Below are positions 25,728-39,364 of a stretch of DNA of 64,000 nucleotides, piece after piece. This DNA is from Octopus vulgaris (lineage: Eukaryota). The stretch lies in NCBI GenBank assembly GCA_951406725.2, contig OX597835.1:6572001-6636000 (forward strand), read 5' to 3'. A model generated the notes under the pieces. It was not told the origin of the DNA, made no database searches, and worked only from the letters and a program-made list of their open reading frames with translations. The stretch's first letter is position 1, and each line of letters starts with the position of its first letter. Both the position numbers and the translations under genes were made by a program.

Positions 25728-25997
25728 GCATGCGCAGCACAAAGACAGCACACACATATACATGCACAACACAATACCACAACTGTGTGTATGTATACAT
25801 ATATATATCATGTATGTATATGTGTGTGTGTGTGCATATACATATAAATATATATGCATATACATACATGTATATATACATATATGTATATATATATACA
25901 TATCTATCCATGTATATATATCATATATATACATGTCTATATGTATATATATGTATGTATATATATATATGATATATATATATATGCATATATATGA

Positions 25998-26049
<52 letters not shown>

Positions 26050-26191
26050 GTGTGTGTGTGTGTGTTTAAAACGGTGGGGTCGGGAAAGAATTGCTAAGCA
26101 AATTATCAGAGGCTGATGACAGCTCTGACTCAGCGAGTTGCTTTGACTTTAAAAAAATAATAAAAGCAACATAAACAACAGCAGCAGCAGT

Positions 26192-26271
<80 letters not shown>

Positions 26272-26965
26272 CGACGACGACGACGACGACGACAAAGAAA
26301 GAAAGATAAGACAAAACCAAAATTTTACTCATAAATAAATTGTGAGTTATATAACTCATGCAATATGGTGGAGAGACATAAAAAATATTCCGGGCAAGTA
26401 TTTCTGTCATCATAAATAAACATACATACAGTCAACGTTCACATCCACCCACACACATATGTATACGTATATATATATATATGTATACATATATATGTAT
26501 ATATGTGTATATATATATGTGTATATATATATGAGTATATATATGAGTATATATATATATATGTATGCATATATATATATATATGTATATATATGCATGT
26601 ATATATATGTATGTATATGTATGTATATATATGTATATATATATGTATGTCTGTATATGTATGTATATGTATGTATATATATGTATATATATGTATATAT
26701 ATTTGTGTATATATATGTATATATATGTGTGTATATATAAGTATATATATGCATTTATATATGTGTGTATATATATATGTATATATACATACATGTATAC
26801 ATGTATATATATTTGTATATGTATATATATATACATGTATACATGTATATATATTTGTATATGTATATATATATATACATGTATACATGTTTATATATGC
26901 ATATGTATATGTATATATGTATACGTATATATATGTATATATGTATATATGTATGTATCTATATT
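25570..26965. repeat. Compound (TA)/(TG)/(TATG) microsatellites and a (CAA)n tract (26190-26293)
   Basis: direct observation. Confidence 0.95.
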
Positions 26966-27146
26966 TAATACATCGAAAATATTAAAGATATAAAGCTATA
27001 CGTAAATATATAGAGTAATCAATACATCAAAATAAATTGAAAAAATAAATACCTACATAGGTCGACTTACAGATTATAAACGAAATCATAAAAGGAGTTA
27101 ATGGCCTAGAAGATAAAAAGTTTGGGTTTTAGTAATCAGTTAATAA

Positions 27147-27233
27147 TCCTACGGCCGTTTCTGGAGGTCTGGCTCTCGATTCATATAAAAGATATTTATA
27201 TCTATTATTGGACACCACCTCCTTCATCAGGGA
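27147..27233 (-). ncRNA. Type I hammerhead ribozyme motif in the Penelope-like 3' repeat
   Basis: UCC-CUGAUGA-A-GGAGGU...ACCUCC-A-GAAA-CGGCC-GUA-GGA; palindromic stem III ACGGCCGU. Confidence 0.78.
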
Positions 27234-27261
27234 AAAATAAATTTCTAAAAATGCTCACATA

Positions 27262-27426
27262 GACGTAGGAGTGGCTGTGTGGTAAGTAGCTTGCTTACGA
27301 ACCACACGGTTCCGGGTTCAGTCCCACTGCGTGGCACCTTGGGCAAGTGTCTTCTACTATAGCCTCGGGCCGACCTAAGCCTTGTGAGTGAATTTGGTAG
27401 ACGGAAACTGAAAGAAGCCTGTCGTA

Positions 27427-27479
<53 letters not shown>

Positions 27480-27711
27480 GTATGTGTGTGTATATGTTTG
27501 TGTGTCTGTGTTTGTCCCCCTAGCATTGCTTGACAACCGATGCTGGTGTGTTTACGTCCCCCGTCACTTAGCGGTTCGGCAAAAGAGACCGATAGAATAA
27601 GTACTGGGCTTACAAAAGAATAAGTCCTGGGGTCGAGTTGCTCGACTAAAGGCGGTGCTCCAGCATGGCCGCAGTCAAATGACTGAAACAAGTAAAAGAG
27701 TAAAGAGAGTA
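27262..27711 (+). mobile_element. SINE family B, full length, inside a Penelope-like element
   Basis: complete head, internal (TA)n(TG)n, (gtaaaaga)n tail. Confidence 0.9.
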
Positions 27712-27910
27712 TGTACCGCCTTTTTCTAATGGGAATTGCCTACTGAGCGTTTCTATATTAGCTAGATACAAAAGAACAGGGAGTGGAATTTGTTTTTGAT
27801 GGTTGGAAGAGGCGATACAATGCATGATAAGATGAAGCTACTGATGGTTTTGTAGGTAGAAAAAAGTTTCAATGGGTGTGAAAGCTGGTTCTCAATTCTA
27901 TCCAGAATCC

Positions 27911-28328
27911 TTACTCTTTACTCTGTTACTCTTTTACTTGTTTCAGTCATTTGACTGCGGCCATGCTGGAGCACCGCCTTTAGTCGAGCAAATCGACCCC
28001 CAGGACTTATTCTTTGTAAGCCCAGTACTTATTCTATCGGTCTCTTTTGCCGAACCGCTAAGTGACGGGGACGTAAACACATACCAGCATCGGTTGTCAA
28101 GAAATGCTAGGGGGACAAACACAGACACACATACACATACATACATACATATATATATACATATATACTACAGGCTTCTTTCAGTTTCCGTCTACCAAAT
28201 CCACTCACAAGGCATTGGTCGGCCCGGGGCTATAGCAGAAGACACTTGCCCAAGATGCCACGCAGTGGGACTGAACCCGGAACCATGTGGTTGGTAAGCA
28301 AGCTACTTACCACACAGCCACTCCTGCG
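27911..28328 (-). mobile_element. SINE family B, full length, inside a Penelope-like element
   Basis: reverse complement of the copy 200 bp to the left. Confidence 0.9.
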
Positions 28329-29489
28329 TCATTATGCATGAATGTTGAGTAAAACCTGTGTTTTCAAGAGTAGATGGCGTCGGAGAATTTATTTAATATC
28401 GAGACGATGTGTAGACGGAGAATAATTAATGATTCTTTTAAGCAAGGTTTGCAGTTGCCTCTTTTTGAATTATAAGGGGGAGCTTATTTTATTATGGGCC
28501 AAGCTAGTGTATATTGTACGTTTTGTGATCTAAGATCATGAATGTGTGTGACTAATGATGACGAAATTTTGGATTTCGTCATAGTGAAAGAATTTGAGTG
28601 AGCCCGATAGCTACGCTTGGTTTTCTGTTTAGTATCACGGAAATAGAATATTTCTTTTATCGGAATCCGCTTAATTGTAGAACTTGATTATAGTAAGGAG
28701 TGTGGATATTAAATATTTCCTCATTAGCTGATTCTTATTGGGATGCCTTTAATAATTCTGGCAGCGAATTTCAAGGATAATACTGGATTCGAAATAGTTC
28801 TATTCACTATTTTGATATAACAATGGGTTCTTCTGACTCAGCCCAAGTTACGGACCTCGTGGGTCTGTTCCTTCTCTCACAGATCAAACAACACTTTCCG
28901 AATATATCTGGTAGAATTTACAGAGACGATGCACACCTTACAACTAGAGGATTATCGCGACCAGCGATTGAACGAACGAAGAAATCTTTAAAATATTTTT
29001 AAAAATTACAATCTCGGTATCTCATTTGAAACAAATACCAAGGTTTGTAAATTTCTTAGTTCTTACATCCAATTTAAATACAAATTTATACTACCCATTT
29101 CACAAGCCTAAACAAACCTTGCAGTATATAAACATCCTTTCAAATCACCCTAAGATAACCCGTGACAGCGTAATTACAGGAATTTCAATAAGAATCTCTA
29201 ATCTATCAGCTAATGAGGAAATATTTACTATCCCCACTCCTCCATACGGAACACATTCAACTGTTTTATGTCCATGTTGCTCCCTTCAGCTGTTTCAAAA
29301 AAGGGAATCTGGTCACGTTTTACTTTCGATGCCATGTTTGTCTACAATCTTGTTATAGACGAATGAAACAACAGACACATGAACAAACAACGTTTTCAAA
29401 TCTTTATGTAAAATGTAGATTATATTACCTGAAACGATATTCTTCAGGAAAAATGTTAAACATGGGTAAATCTTTCTGGGATACGCTGT

Positions 29490-29531
<42 letters not shown>

Positions 29532-29617
29532 TTATACACATACATACGTATACTTACATATACATATATATATACACACACACATAAATACATACACACA
29601 TATACATACATACATCA

Positions 29618-29850
29618 AGGCGGTGAGCTGGCAGAAACGTTAGCACGCTGGTAGAAATGCTTTGTGGCATTTCGTCCGCCGCTGCGTTCTGAGTTCAAAT
29701 TCCGCCAAGGTCGACTTTGCCTTTCATCCTTTCGGGGTCTATAAATTAAGTACCAGTTACGCACTGGGGTCGATGTAATCGACTTGATCCGTTTGTCTGT
29801 CCTTGTTTGTCCCCTCTATGTTTAGCTTCTTGTGGGCAATAAAGAAATAA
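29618..29850 (+). mobile_element. SINE family A
   Basis: near-identical to 670-903; further copies at about 11977-12210(+), 32965-33200(-), 36757-36950(+), 42323-42536(-). Confidence 0.85.
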
Positions 29851-29870
29851 CATACATACACACATGTGTG

Positions 29871-29920
<50 letters not shown>

Positions 29921-30299
29921 GTAAACAATACCCCCAGTCACAATATGTATGCGTATGTATATATGTGTGTGTGTGTAAGTGTGTATACACGCACGCACAC
30001 ACTTGGAATATTGTGGAATAGTGTAAAAGAAAAAAAAAAACGAAAATGCTTTGGAAAGTCGTACAAAATCTGTCGCAGAATAAATTTTAGAAAACGATAA
30101 AAATCAAGCGATTAAAATTTCCCCTCGAAAACATTTCATAATGGAAATTATTTTTTTCTGCCAGACGACCCTTTTGGCAAGAATAGAAGAATTACGCAAA
30201 GATTTAAAGGGAAATGTTTACTGGTTTGTATTCATTTATGTTTTATATATTTCCCAACAGTATCGTCACGGCTTTCCAGTTCATTGTGTTTCAGACACA

Positions 30300-30841
30300 C
30301 CGTATACATGTGTGTGTGTGTGTGTGTGTGTGTGCGTGCGTGCGTGCGTGTGTTTATATATATATATACACAAACATTCATACATATATGTATACATACA
30401 CATACACACAAATATACACAAACTTATATATATATATATACATACATACTTACATACATACATATATGTATATGTATGTGTATATATATACATACTTACA
30501 TATATATGTATACATATATATATGCACCATGTATATATATATATGTGTGTGTGTGTGTGCAAGTATATATATACTTACATACATACATATACATATATAC
30601 ATATACATACATACATGCATATACATATGTACACACATATATATATACACATATATATATACACGTAAAAATATATATATATATATATATATATATGCAT
30701 ACATATACACGTATATATATTCATATATATATAAATACATGTGTGTGTATCTGTGCATGCATGTATATATGTGTGTGTGCGCGCGTGTGTGTGTACGTGT
30801 AAGTGTATACGTATATATATATATATACATATATGTATACG

Positions 30842-30872
<31 letters not shown>

Positions 30873-31034
30873 GCACTGGCGTGGTTACATAAACTAATCC
30901 CTGTGGTAATATAAGTTAAAATGTTACACTATTATATTAAATATCGCAAACCGCAGTGAATGCGGTAGACTGGTTTTCTTGATATACGTATGTACGTGTA
31001 CACATACACACACACACACACGCACACAGACACA

Positions 31035-31115
<81 letters not shown>

Positions 31116-31184
31116 GCACACAGACAGACAGACAGACACAGACAGACACACACACACACACACACGCACACAGACAGACAGACA

Positions 31185-31220
<36 letters not shown>

Positions 31221-31243
31221 GACAGACACACACACACACACAC

Positions 31244-31290
<47 letters not shown>

Positions 31291-31299
31291 GACAGACAG

Positions 31300-31331
<32 letters not shown>

Positions 31332-31368
31332 ACAGACAGACACACACACACACACACACAGACAGACA

Positions 31369-31404
<36 letters not shown>

Positions 31405-31466
31405 GACAGACACACACACACACACACAGACAGACAGACAGACACACACACACACACACACACACA

Positions 31467-31501
<35 letters not shown>

Positions 31502-31646
31502 GCACGCACACATACACACAAGACAACCTACACTTATACACATGCGCACTTTATACTTGCATATATATTCGCATACCGTTTTTTTTTCTGGAGTTTCAGC
31601 TCAGAGCTGCGGCCATGCTGATGCACCTACATTTATATATATATAC

Positions 31647-31687
<41 letters not shown>

Positions 31688-31726
31688 AATATGTGTATGT
31701 ATGAGAACACACACACACACACGCAT

Positions 31727-31801
<75 letters not shown>

Positions 31802-32451
31802 ATCGAATTGACGTCTTTATATATACACACATGCCTACATGCATGCATACATACATACACACATACATATATACACACATACATTTAGCGACTAAATATG
31901 AAGGCTGAAACCATTCCATCGGTGTGTGTGTGTATGTATGTATGTATGTATGTATGTATGTATGTATGTGTGTGCATGTATGTATGTGTGTGTATGTATA
32001 TATGTATGTATGTATGTGTGTGCATGTATGTATGTGTGTGTATGTATATATGTATGTATGTATGTATATGTGTATGTATGTATGTATGTATGTATGTATG
32101 TATGTATGTATGTATGTATGTATGTGTCTTTATGTATGTGTGTGTTCATGTATGTATGCATGTATGTATGAATGTGTGTTTAATATGCACGTGTGTATGT
32201 ATGTATGCATATGTGTATGTATGTATGAATGCGTGTATGTATGTGTGTATATATATATGTGTGTATATATGTGTGTATATATGTATGTATGTGTGTATGT
32301 ATGTGTGTATGTATGTATGCATGTATGAATGTGTGTATGTATGTGTGTATGTCTGATGCCTATTATCTCGGGTTCTTCTGCCGTTAACAAACTAACATTG
32401 TTTGGGAAATGGTGGGAGGCCAACCACAAAAACACATAAACACACACTCAT

Positions 32452-32501
<50 letters not shown>

Positions 32502-32510
32502 ACACACACC
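30300..32510. repeat. Compound (TA)n, (CA)n/(CAGA)n and (TATG)n microsatellite block
   Basis: direct observation; similar blocks at 33780-35100, 40045-41580, 46290-46780, 48515-48895, 50450-50880, 53675-54260, 63515-63835. Confidence 0.95.
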
Positions 32511-33423
32511 TCGTAAAGTATACGATTCAAAACGCACCGACAGATGTAATACTTGGACCTATCATCAGTATTGTATCCTGGGATTGCTGGTTGTTTCGGC
32601 TCTTACAACATACACCCCCATCCAGGTAACCTGGCTTAAGTTGATGAATTCTAGCCCCGGTCCAAGTGGCATTTTATTAACCACACTAATCACTTATTTT
32701 CAACCAGAATCATCGACATGCTTTCTCTTAGCAGACTCCACGTTTGTTCTTAAGGGCACTCTTTTTGCATGATCCCGAAATTCTCAGCGTTCCATTGGCC
32801 TTACACAGAGAATGACTCTAAAATTCTCAACTGGCAAATACCTCGTTCTGCACCATTCTTGCAGTAGTCCTCCAATTCCTGGTAATATTTTTTGCAAATT
32901 ACAAGTATCTGATGTAGCCCTTAACACGTTAAGTGAACAGCCGAGTCACGAGGAGAAACTCAGAATAGACCGCCTACGTTTGATATAATGCTTTCAAAGT
33001 TTGACACAAATTCAGCAATTTTAGAAGGTGCTAGTCGATTACATCGGCCCCCCAGTGTTAAACTGGTACTTATTTTATCGACCAAGGAAGGATAAAAGGC
33101 AAAGTTTACTTCGATGGTATTTGCATTCAGAACGTAAAGTCGAAAGAAATGCTGCCAAGCACTTTTCCGGCGCGGTAACGATTCTGCCAGCACGCTGTCT
33201 TTACGTCTGATGAAGTAAAATATTAACACACACATACATATACGACGGGCTTCCATACAGTTTCTTCTACCCACACCAACTCACAAAACAAGGTAGTAAT
33301 TGTTTATTTTTAAAAGACTGGATTCAGTTTACTATAATATATCCATAAACACATTATAAGACATCCAAGGGTATATTGCGAGTTCCCGTGGTGTTTTCGT
33401 TTTATCAATTTCTCTATGTGATC

Positions 33424-33473
33424 GGCTTGAAGAATTGTTAAGATATTTTCTGCACATGAAACCAGTGGTAGCT
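33424..33473 (+). ncRNA. Hammerhead-like motif (C3U core variant)
   Basis: GGC-UUGAAGA-(weak stem II)-GAAA-CCA-G-UG-GUA-GCU. Confidence 0.5.
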
Positions 33474-33486
33474 TTAATACAGAAAT

Positions 33487-33552
<66 letters not shown>

Positions 33553-33652
33553 ATCCAAACATGAAAGCACGAAAAAAAAAAAACACAACAACGCGAGGAC
33601 GTGGAACAAATATAGTATTATTGGACGCTCAGGAAAGAAGGAAAGAAGGAGG

Positions 33653-33687
33653 GTTTAACGTTTCGAGCGGAGCTCTTCGTCGGAAAC
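33653..33687 (-). ncRNA. Minimal hammerhead motif (U4C core variant)
   Basis: GUUU-CCGACGA-A-GAGC-UCC-GCUC-GAAAC-GUU-AAAC. Confidence 0.68.
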
Positions 33688-33832
33688 ATAGGAGAAGGAA
33701 AGATCCAGAGAAGGGAAGACAGAGGAAAACAATCGCCAACGGTACACACGCGGTATATACATATACATATATATGAATATATGACATACCACACACACAC
33801 ACACAAATGTATTTATATAACGATTGAATAAG

Positions 33833-33884
<52 letters not shown>

Positions 33885-34118
33885 GCACATGTTTGTATGC
33901 GTGGTATGATGTATGTAGGTATTTTGTACACACACACACATTAACACACACACGTCTTCTGTTTGGATTTTTGATTGCGATTCTTGCTGACAGCGCAAAC
34001 CTTTACCAGGTCACAAATATTCTGGTGACTGTCTTTTGTATGTACGTATGCATGTGTATATGTACACACACACACACACACACATACATACACACATGCG
34101 CCAACCCCACCACATATG

Positions 34119-34193
<75 letters not shown>

Positions 34194-34225
34194 GTATATA
34201 TATATACATACATATATATATATAT

Positions 34226-34364
<139 letters not shown>

Positions 34365-34941
34365 TGTGTGTATATGCATGCATGAGTCTGTTGCTACACA
34401 TGTATGTTGTACGTAAGCGCGTTGATGTTTATGTTTCATTTCACGAAAGTTCAGTCATCGGCAATAAACAGACGGCTAGAAGACATGAACATCCTGGTGC
34501 TTCAGCAGCAAATTCTTCCCCTGTCTTCCTTCCATCCTTCCATCCTTTCCTTCCATCGTCCGCCTTGGGTCGCCTTTCTCTTCTTCCCTCCCTTCCTTTA
34601 CGCTCTTCTTTTTTTTTACGTGTGTGTGTGTTATCTCCTCCTCCTCCTTACACGAACCCACAAGTCAACCCCCAAAAAAAGACATATGCTTTATAAGCTA
34701 ATAAATAAATCGTCTCCTCTTTTCTCTAGCCCTGCTCTACCGCCGTCTAACATGACCTAACACACACACACGCACACGCACACACACACACACACAAAGA
34801 CACACACACACACACACACACACACACATTTACTCACATATATTCACTCATTTTCCTTCTTTATCACTAAACTTGTGATAAATTCCTTCCACTCTACTTG
34901 GTCATCTATTTCTTTCTTTCTCTTCTCTCGCTTATTCTCTC

Positions 34942-35009
<68 letters not shown>

Positions 35010-35034
35010 TCACACACACACACATGCACACACA

Positions 35035-35088
<54 letters not shown>

Positions 35089-35338
35089 TGTGTGCGTGTA
35101 TGTGCGTGCGTTTGTGCCTGTGTTTGTTTCTCATCACCGCTTGACAACCGATGCTGGTGTGTTTATGTTCCAGTAACTTAGCAGTTCGGCAAAAGAGCAA
35201 AACGGAATTAGTACCAGGCTTCTTTTTCATATAAAAAAAAAGGACTGGGTCGATTCGCTCGACTAAAGTTCTTCAATGTGGTGCTCCAGCATGGCCGCAG
35301 TCTAATGACTGGAACGCACAAAAAGATAGAAGTAAAAA

Positions 35339-35772
35339 GGCGTAGGAGTGGCTGTGTGGTAAGTAGCTTGCTTACGAACCACATGGTTCCGGGTTCAGTC
35401 CCACTGCTTGACACCTCGGGCAAGTGTCTTCTACTACAGCCACGGGCCGACCAAAGCCTTGTGAGTGAATTTGGTAGACGGAAACTGAAAGAAGCCCGTC
35501 GTACATATGTGTGTGTGTGTGTATATATATGTATATATGTATATATATATATGTGTGTGTGTGTGTATGTTTGTGTGTCTCTGTCCCCCAACATTGCTTG
35601 ACAACCGATGCTGGTGTGTTTATGTCCCCGAACCACAGCGGTTCGCCAAAAGCGACCGATAGAATAAGTACTAGGCTTACAAAAATAAGTCCTGGGGTCG
35701 ATTTGCTCGACTGAAGGCGGTGCTCCAATATGGTCGCAGTCAAATGACTGAAACAAGTAAAAGAATAAAAGA
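35339..35772 (+). mobile_element. SINE family B, full length
   Basis: complete head-to-tail match; flanked by ~130-bp direct repeats. Confidence 0.88.
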
Positions 35773-36410
35773 AAGTACCAGGCTTCTTTTTCATAAAATA
35801 AAAAAAGGACTGAGTCAATTCGCTCGACGAAAGTTCTTCAATGCGGTGCCCCAGCATGGGCGCAGTCTAATGACTGGAACGCGTAAAAAGATAGAAGTTA
35901 AAAAGAAATATTAGAAACGTGTATTTGAATATCTCTGCAAAACTTAAGAGTTAAAACCGAAATCAGAGAGTTTCTAACTCTTGTGTTTTACGATTTTTGT
36001 TTTCATGTCTGTTACGTTACTAACTTTTGCGAACAGAAGTCTTGAGAATCTGGAATTCTCTGGCAAAGAAACAAGATATTCAATACTTGTTCTCCAAAGT
36101 CAGTTTTATAAAACCAGACAGCAACAATACGCAAAACCATTCCAAACCCCTTCCGACATCTGATTCAACAAAATGTTGTTATGAAAATACGAAAAGAGGG
36201 AAGTTTGTCTCTTGGTTTACACAGACATATATAAACACACGTACATATATATACCTACATACATACATGCATGCATACATACATACATACATACATATAT
36301 GCATGCACACTCACACAGACACAGACATATACATAATGCATTAACGTGCTCTCATATACATATATACATGTGTGTATATGTAGATATACATACATACATA
36401 CATACATACC

Positions 36411-36444
<34 letters not shown>

Positions 36445-36523
36445 CATACATACATACATACATATATACATATATATGCATACAAACATTATATATAAAT
36501 ATAAGTGTATGTATCTATGTATG

Positions 36524-36571
<48 letters not shown>

Positions 36572-36944
36572 AATGTATGTATGCATTTACATATGTGTGT
36601 GCGTGTGCGTGCGTGCGCGCGTGAATGTGTACATATGTTTATAAAGCTCCTATGTTACATTCCATCTCGAAAGAGAAATCTTGGAAGAGAGATCGCATTA
36701 TTTTAATGCTCAAGGACAGTGAATAGAGCCTGAAGCTATTATTTCATAGAACCCTAAGACGACGAGCTGGCAGAATCGTTAGCACGCCGGGTGAAATGCT
36801 TAGCGGTATTTCGTCTGCCGCTACGTTCTGAGTTCAAATTCCGCCGAGGTCGACTTTGCCTTTCATCCTTTCGGATGCACTGGGGTCGATATAATCGACT
36901 TAATCCCTTTGTCTGTCCCCTCTGTGTTTAGCCCCTTGTGGGTA

Positions 36945-37993
36945 GTAAAGAAGCTGAAACTGCTCGCGATATCAACGAAACGTTTGGTGAGGAAATGACC
37001 AGTGAGTGGTCAGTTCGAAAATCGTTTAAACGATTTCGCAGTGGAGACCTGAGCCTTGAAGATCGTGAGCGTAGTGGAAGCCTATCTGTCATCGATGATG
37101 GTCAATTAGAGACCGTCATTGAGAAAGATCCACGTAAAACCACTCAACAACTGGCAAAAGAACTTCAAGTTAGCCAGAAAACTGCCTGCAACCATTTGCA
37201 TGCGATCGGAAAAATATAAAAAGCTTTACAAATGAGCACCACACGATTTGAATGAAAATCAGAAAATGCCCAGATATGAAATTTGCGCATCTCTTCCCCG
37301 TAACCAGACCGATCCATTTTTCGGCCGTATTGTAATTTGCGATGAAAAGTGGATTCTGTACAATAATAAAAAACGTTCTTCGCAGTGGTTGGACCAAAAT
37401 GAAGCACCGAAAGTCTTCCCTACACCAGAGATCTTCAAAATGAAGGTCATGGTGACTGTGTGGTGGTGTACTGCTGGACTCATCGACTATAGCTTCTTAA
37501 AATCAGGGAAAACAATCACTGCAGAAACATATTGCTATGAAATTGCCAAAATGAACGAAAAACTGCTACTCCTCTGTCCTAGACTGGTCAACAGAAGAGA
37601 GCCAATCATTCTTCATAACAATGTTTGACCACATGTTTCACAAATGACATTCCCGAAGTTGAGGGAATTTGGTTACAAAGTTCTTCCCCATCCAGCTTAT
37701 TTCCCAGACCTTTCTCCCCCCAACAACAACCACTTTTTCAAGCACCTTGATGGTTTCCTGCGAGAGAAGGAGTTCAAAAACCAAACCGATGCTGAAAATG
37801 CATTAAGAGAGTTCATCAGCTCCAGAACTCCAGGTTTTTATGTTTGCGGAATAAACAAACTTTTGACTCGTTGGCAAAAAACGTGTTGATTGTAATGGCG
37901 CTTATTCTGATGAATAAAATTTCTGCGTCGTTGAAACATATTGTGATGAATTTCACGTTTCAAAACGTTGCTTCCTTTTCACTCATCCTGACA
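36945..37993 (+). pseudogene. Mariner (DD34D) transposase pseudogene, 5' end lost
   Basis: AETARDINETFG, FKRFRSGDLSLEDRERSG, IVICDEKWILYNN, KVMVTVWW, LHNNV*PH, HPAYFPDLSP; frameshifts, stops, second and third catalytic Asp changed. Confidence 0.92.
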
Positions 37994-39133
37994 GTTGTTG
38001 TCTCTGCTGCTGTCTGCTGCCTTCCCTCTGTTTCTTTTTCTCTGCATTTCTTCATTTGGGTTGAATGCTCTCAGTAGGTTCTTATTGCCACATTTGTAGC
38101 AACTAGGTTCACTGTCTGATTTACTTAATCTCTTCTCACTCAATGTGAATAAAATTTTTCTTGGTGTCAACAACCGGATAACGGTCTATACACTAATTGC
38201 ACTTATACATTGATTAATCACATATTAATGACTCGTCAAAACGAAAAATAACGAAAAAATAAATAAATGATGAGGTCTTTATTATGCAGCTGTTTGCAAT
38301 ACAATATTTACAACGAATGTCAATGTTGCAGAATAGTTATTTACGGTTGTTTATTTACAGGGGTTGCAAGATGGCTGTTTCGGGAATAGGAAGAAAGGGC
38401 CGCTCGCTAATAGAGCAGTGGAGGCCGTGGGAGGAGCCGCAATTACGTAAACAAACACAACCCCGAATTGTTTTCAAGCGTAAAGATAATAATAAAAAAG
38501 AAATAATAAAAAAAATAAGGGGAAAAGACAATGAAAAAATGAAAACAAACAGAAAACTGGGGTTTAAAGACCCTTTTGTTTATATAAGAGAAAATACGAA
38601 GATGGTAACGACGCTGAAAACATGAATTTGAATGAGGAAAAAAAAATCACACATACACACACACACGCATACATACAAACACACATACAAACACACATAT
38701 AAACACACATATAAACACGCATACAATGAAGACCAACGACACACCACCACCGCAATCACAGCTGCGACCGCCGCCGGCGCCACCACGGCCCCGCCCCTCA
38801 ACAACAAACAATTATTATAAGATTTTGTCTCCTTCGTACATCAATAGAAACGACTCCGCTTAAACCAACTGAAGAATAAGAAAGGCGGAATGCCTTGTGG
38901 TGTTAAATCCGCTCGATTCTCTCACCATTAAAAGTCAATGAAGTTAAGATTGCTTCGTTTGTAACTGATTGACGTCATTGTTCACAAAATATATAATTAT
39001 GAAATTATTCTTTGTTGGAGCAGTGGATCTCGAAGTACAGAAGCTATAGCATAATAGCATGTCCTACGGTCAGCCTTCGACTTTTTTGTCGAAAAGGATC
39101 CTTTAAATCCAATATTTAATGGTATTATTTATA

Positions 39134-39364
39134 TATTTCTTTATTACCCACAAGGGGCTAAACATAGAGGGGATAAACAAGGACAGACAAACGGATTAAG
39201 TCGATTACATCGACCCCAGTGCGTAACTGGTACTTAATTTATCGACCCCGAAAGGATGAAAGGCGAAGTCGACCTCGGCGGAATTTGAACTCAGAACGTA
39301 ACAGCAGACGAAATACGGCTACGCATTTCGCCCGGCGTGCTAACGATTCTGCCAGCTCGCCGCC
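39134..39364 (-). mobile_element. SINE family A, full length, young
   Basis: 17-bp TSD taatggtattatttata (39117-39133/39365-39381). Confidence 0.9.

Larger units (their letters stand above)
26985..29250. mobile_element. Decayed Penelope-like retroelement (Naiad-type), rearranged, with two SINE insertions
   Basis: + strand 28810-29250: RT motifs FDITMGSSDSAQVTDLVG, IYRDD, VNFL, HKP, SNHP, RISNLSANEEIF; - strand 28740-28340: thumb and GIY-YIG C-terminus (HSNSF..SLVTHIHDL..W.II..APPY..CKPCLKE..LNK); hammerhead at 27147-27233. Confidence 0.82.

Noticed and set aside
26108-26145. CTGATGA followed by a CAGCTC/GAGTTG hairpin
   Set aside because: No GAAA box or stem III, so not a hammerhead; contains TGACTCAGC (AP-1/ARE-like), but a single motif is insufficient
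27245-27691. Recurring ORFs such as FQSFDCGHAGAPPLVEQ and RLPNPLTRLWSARG
   Set aside because: Translations of SINE family B, not a gene family
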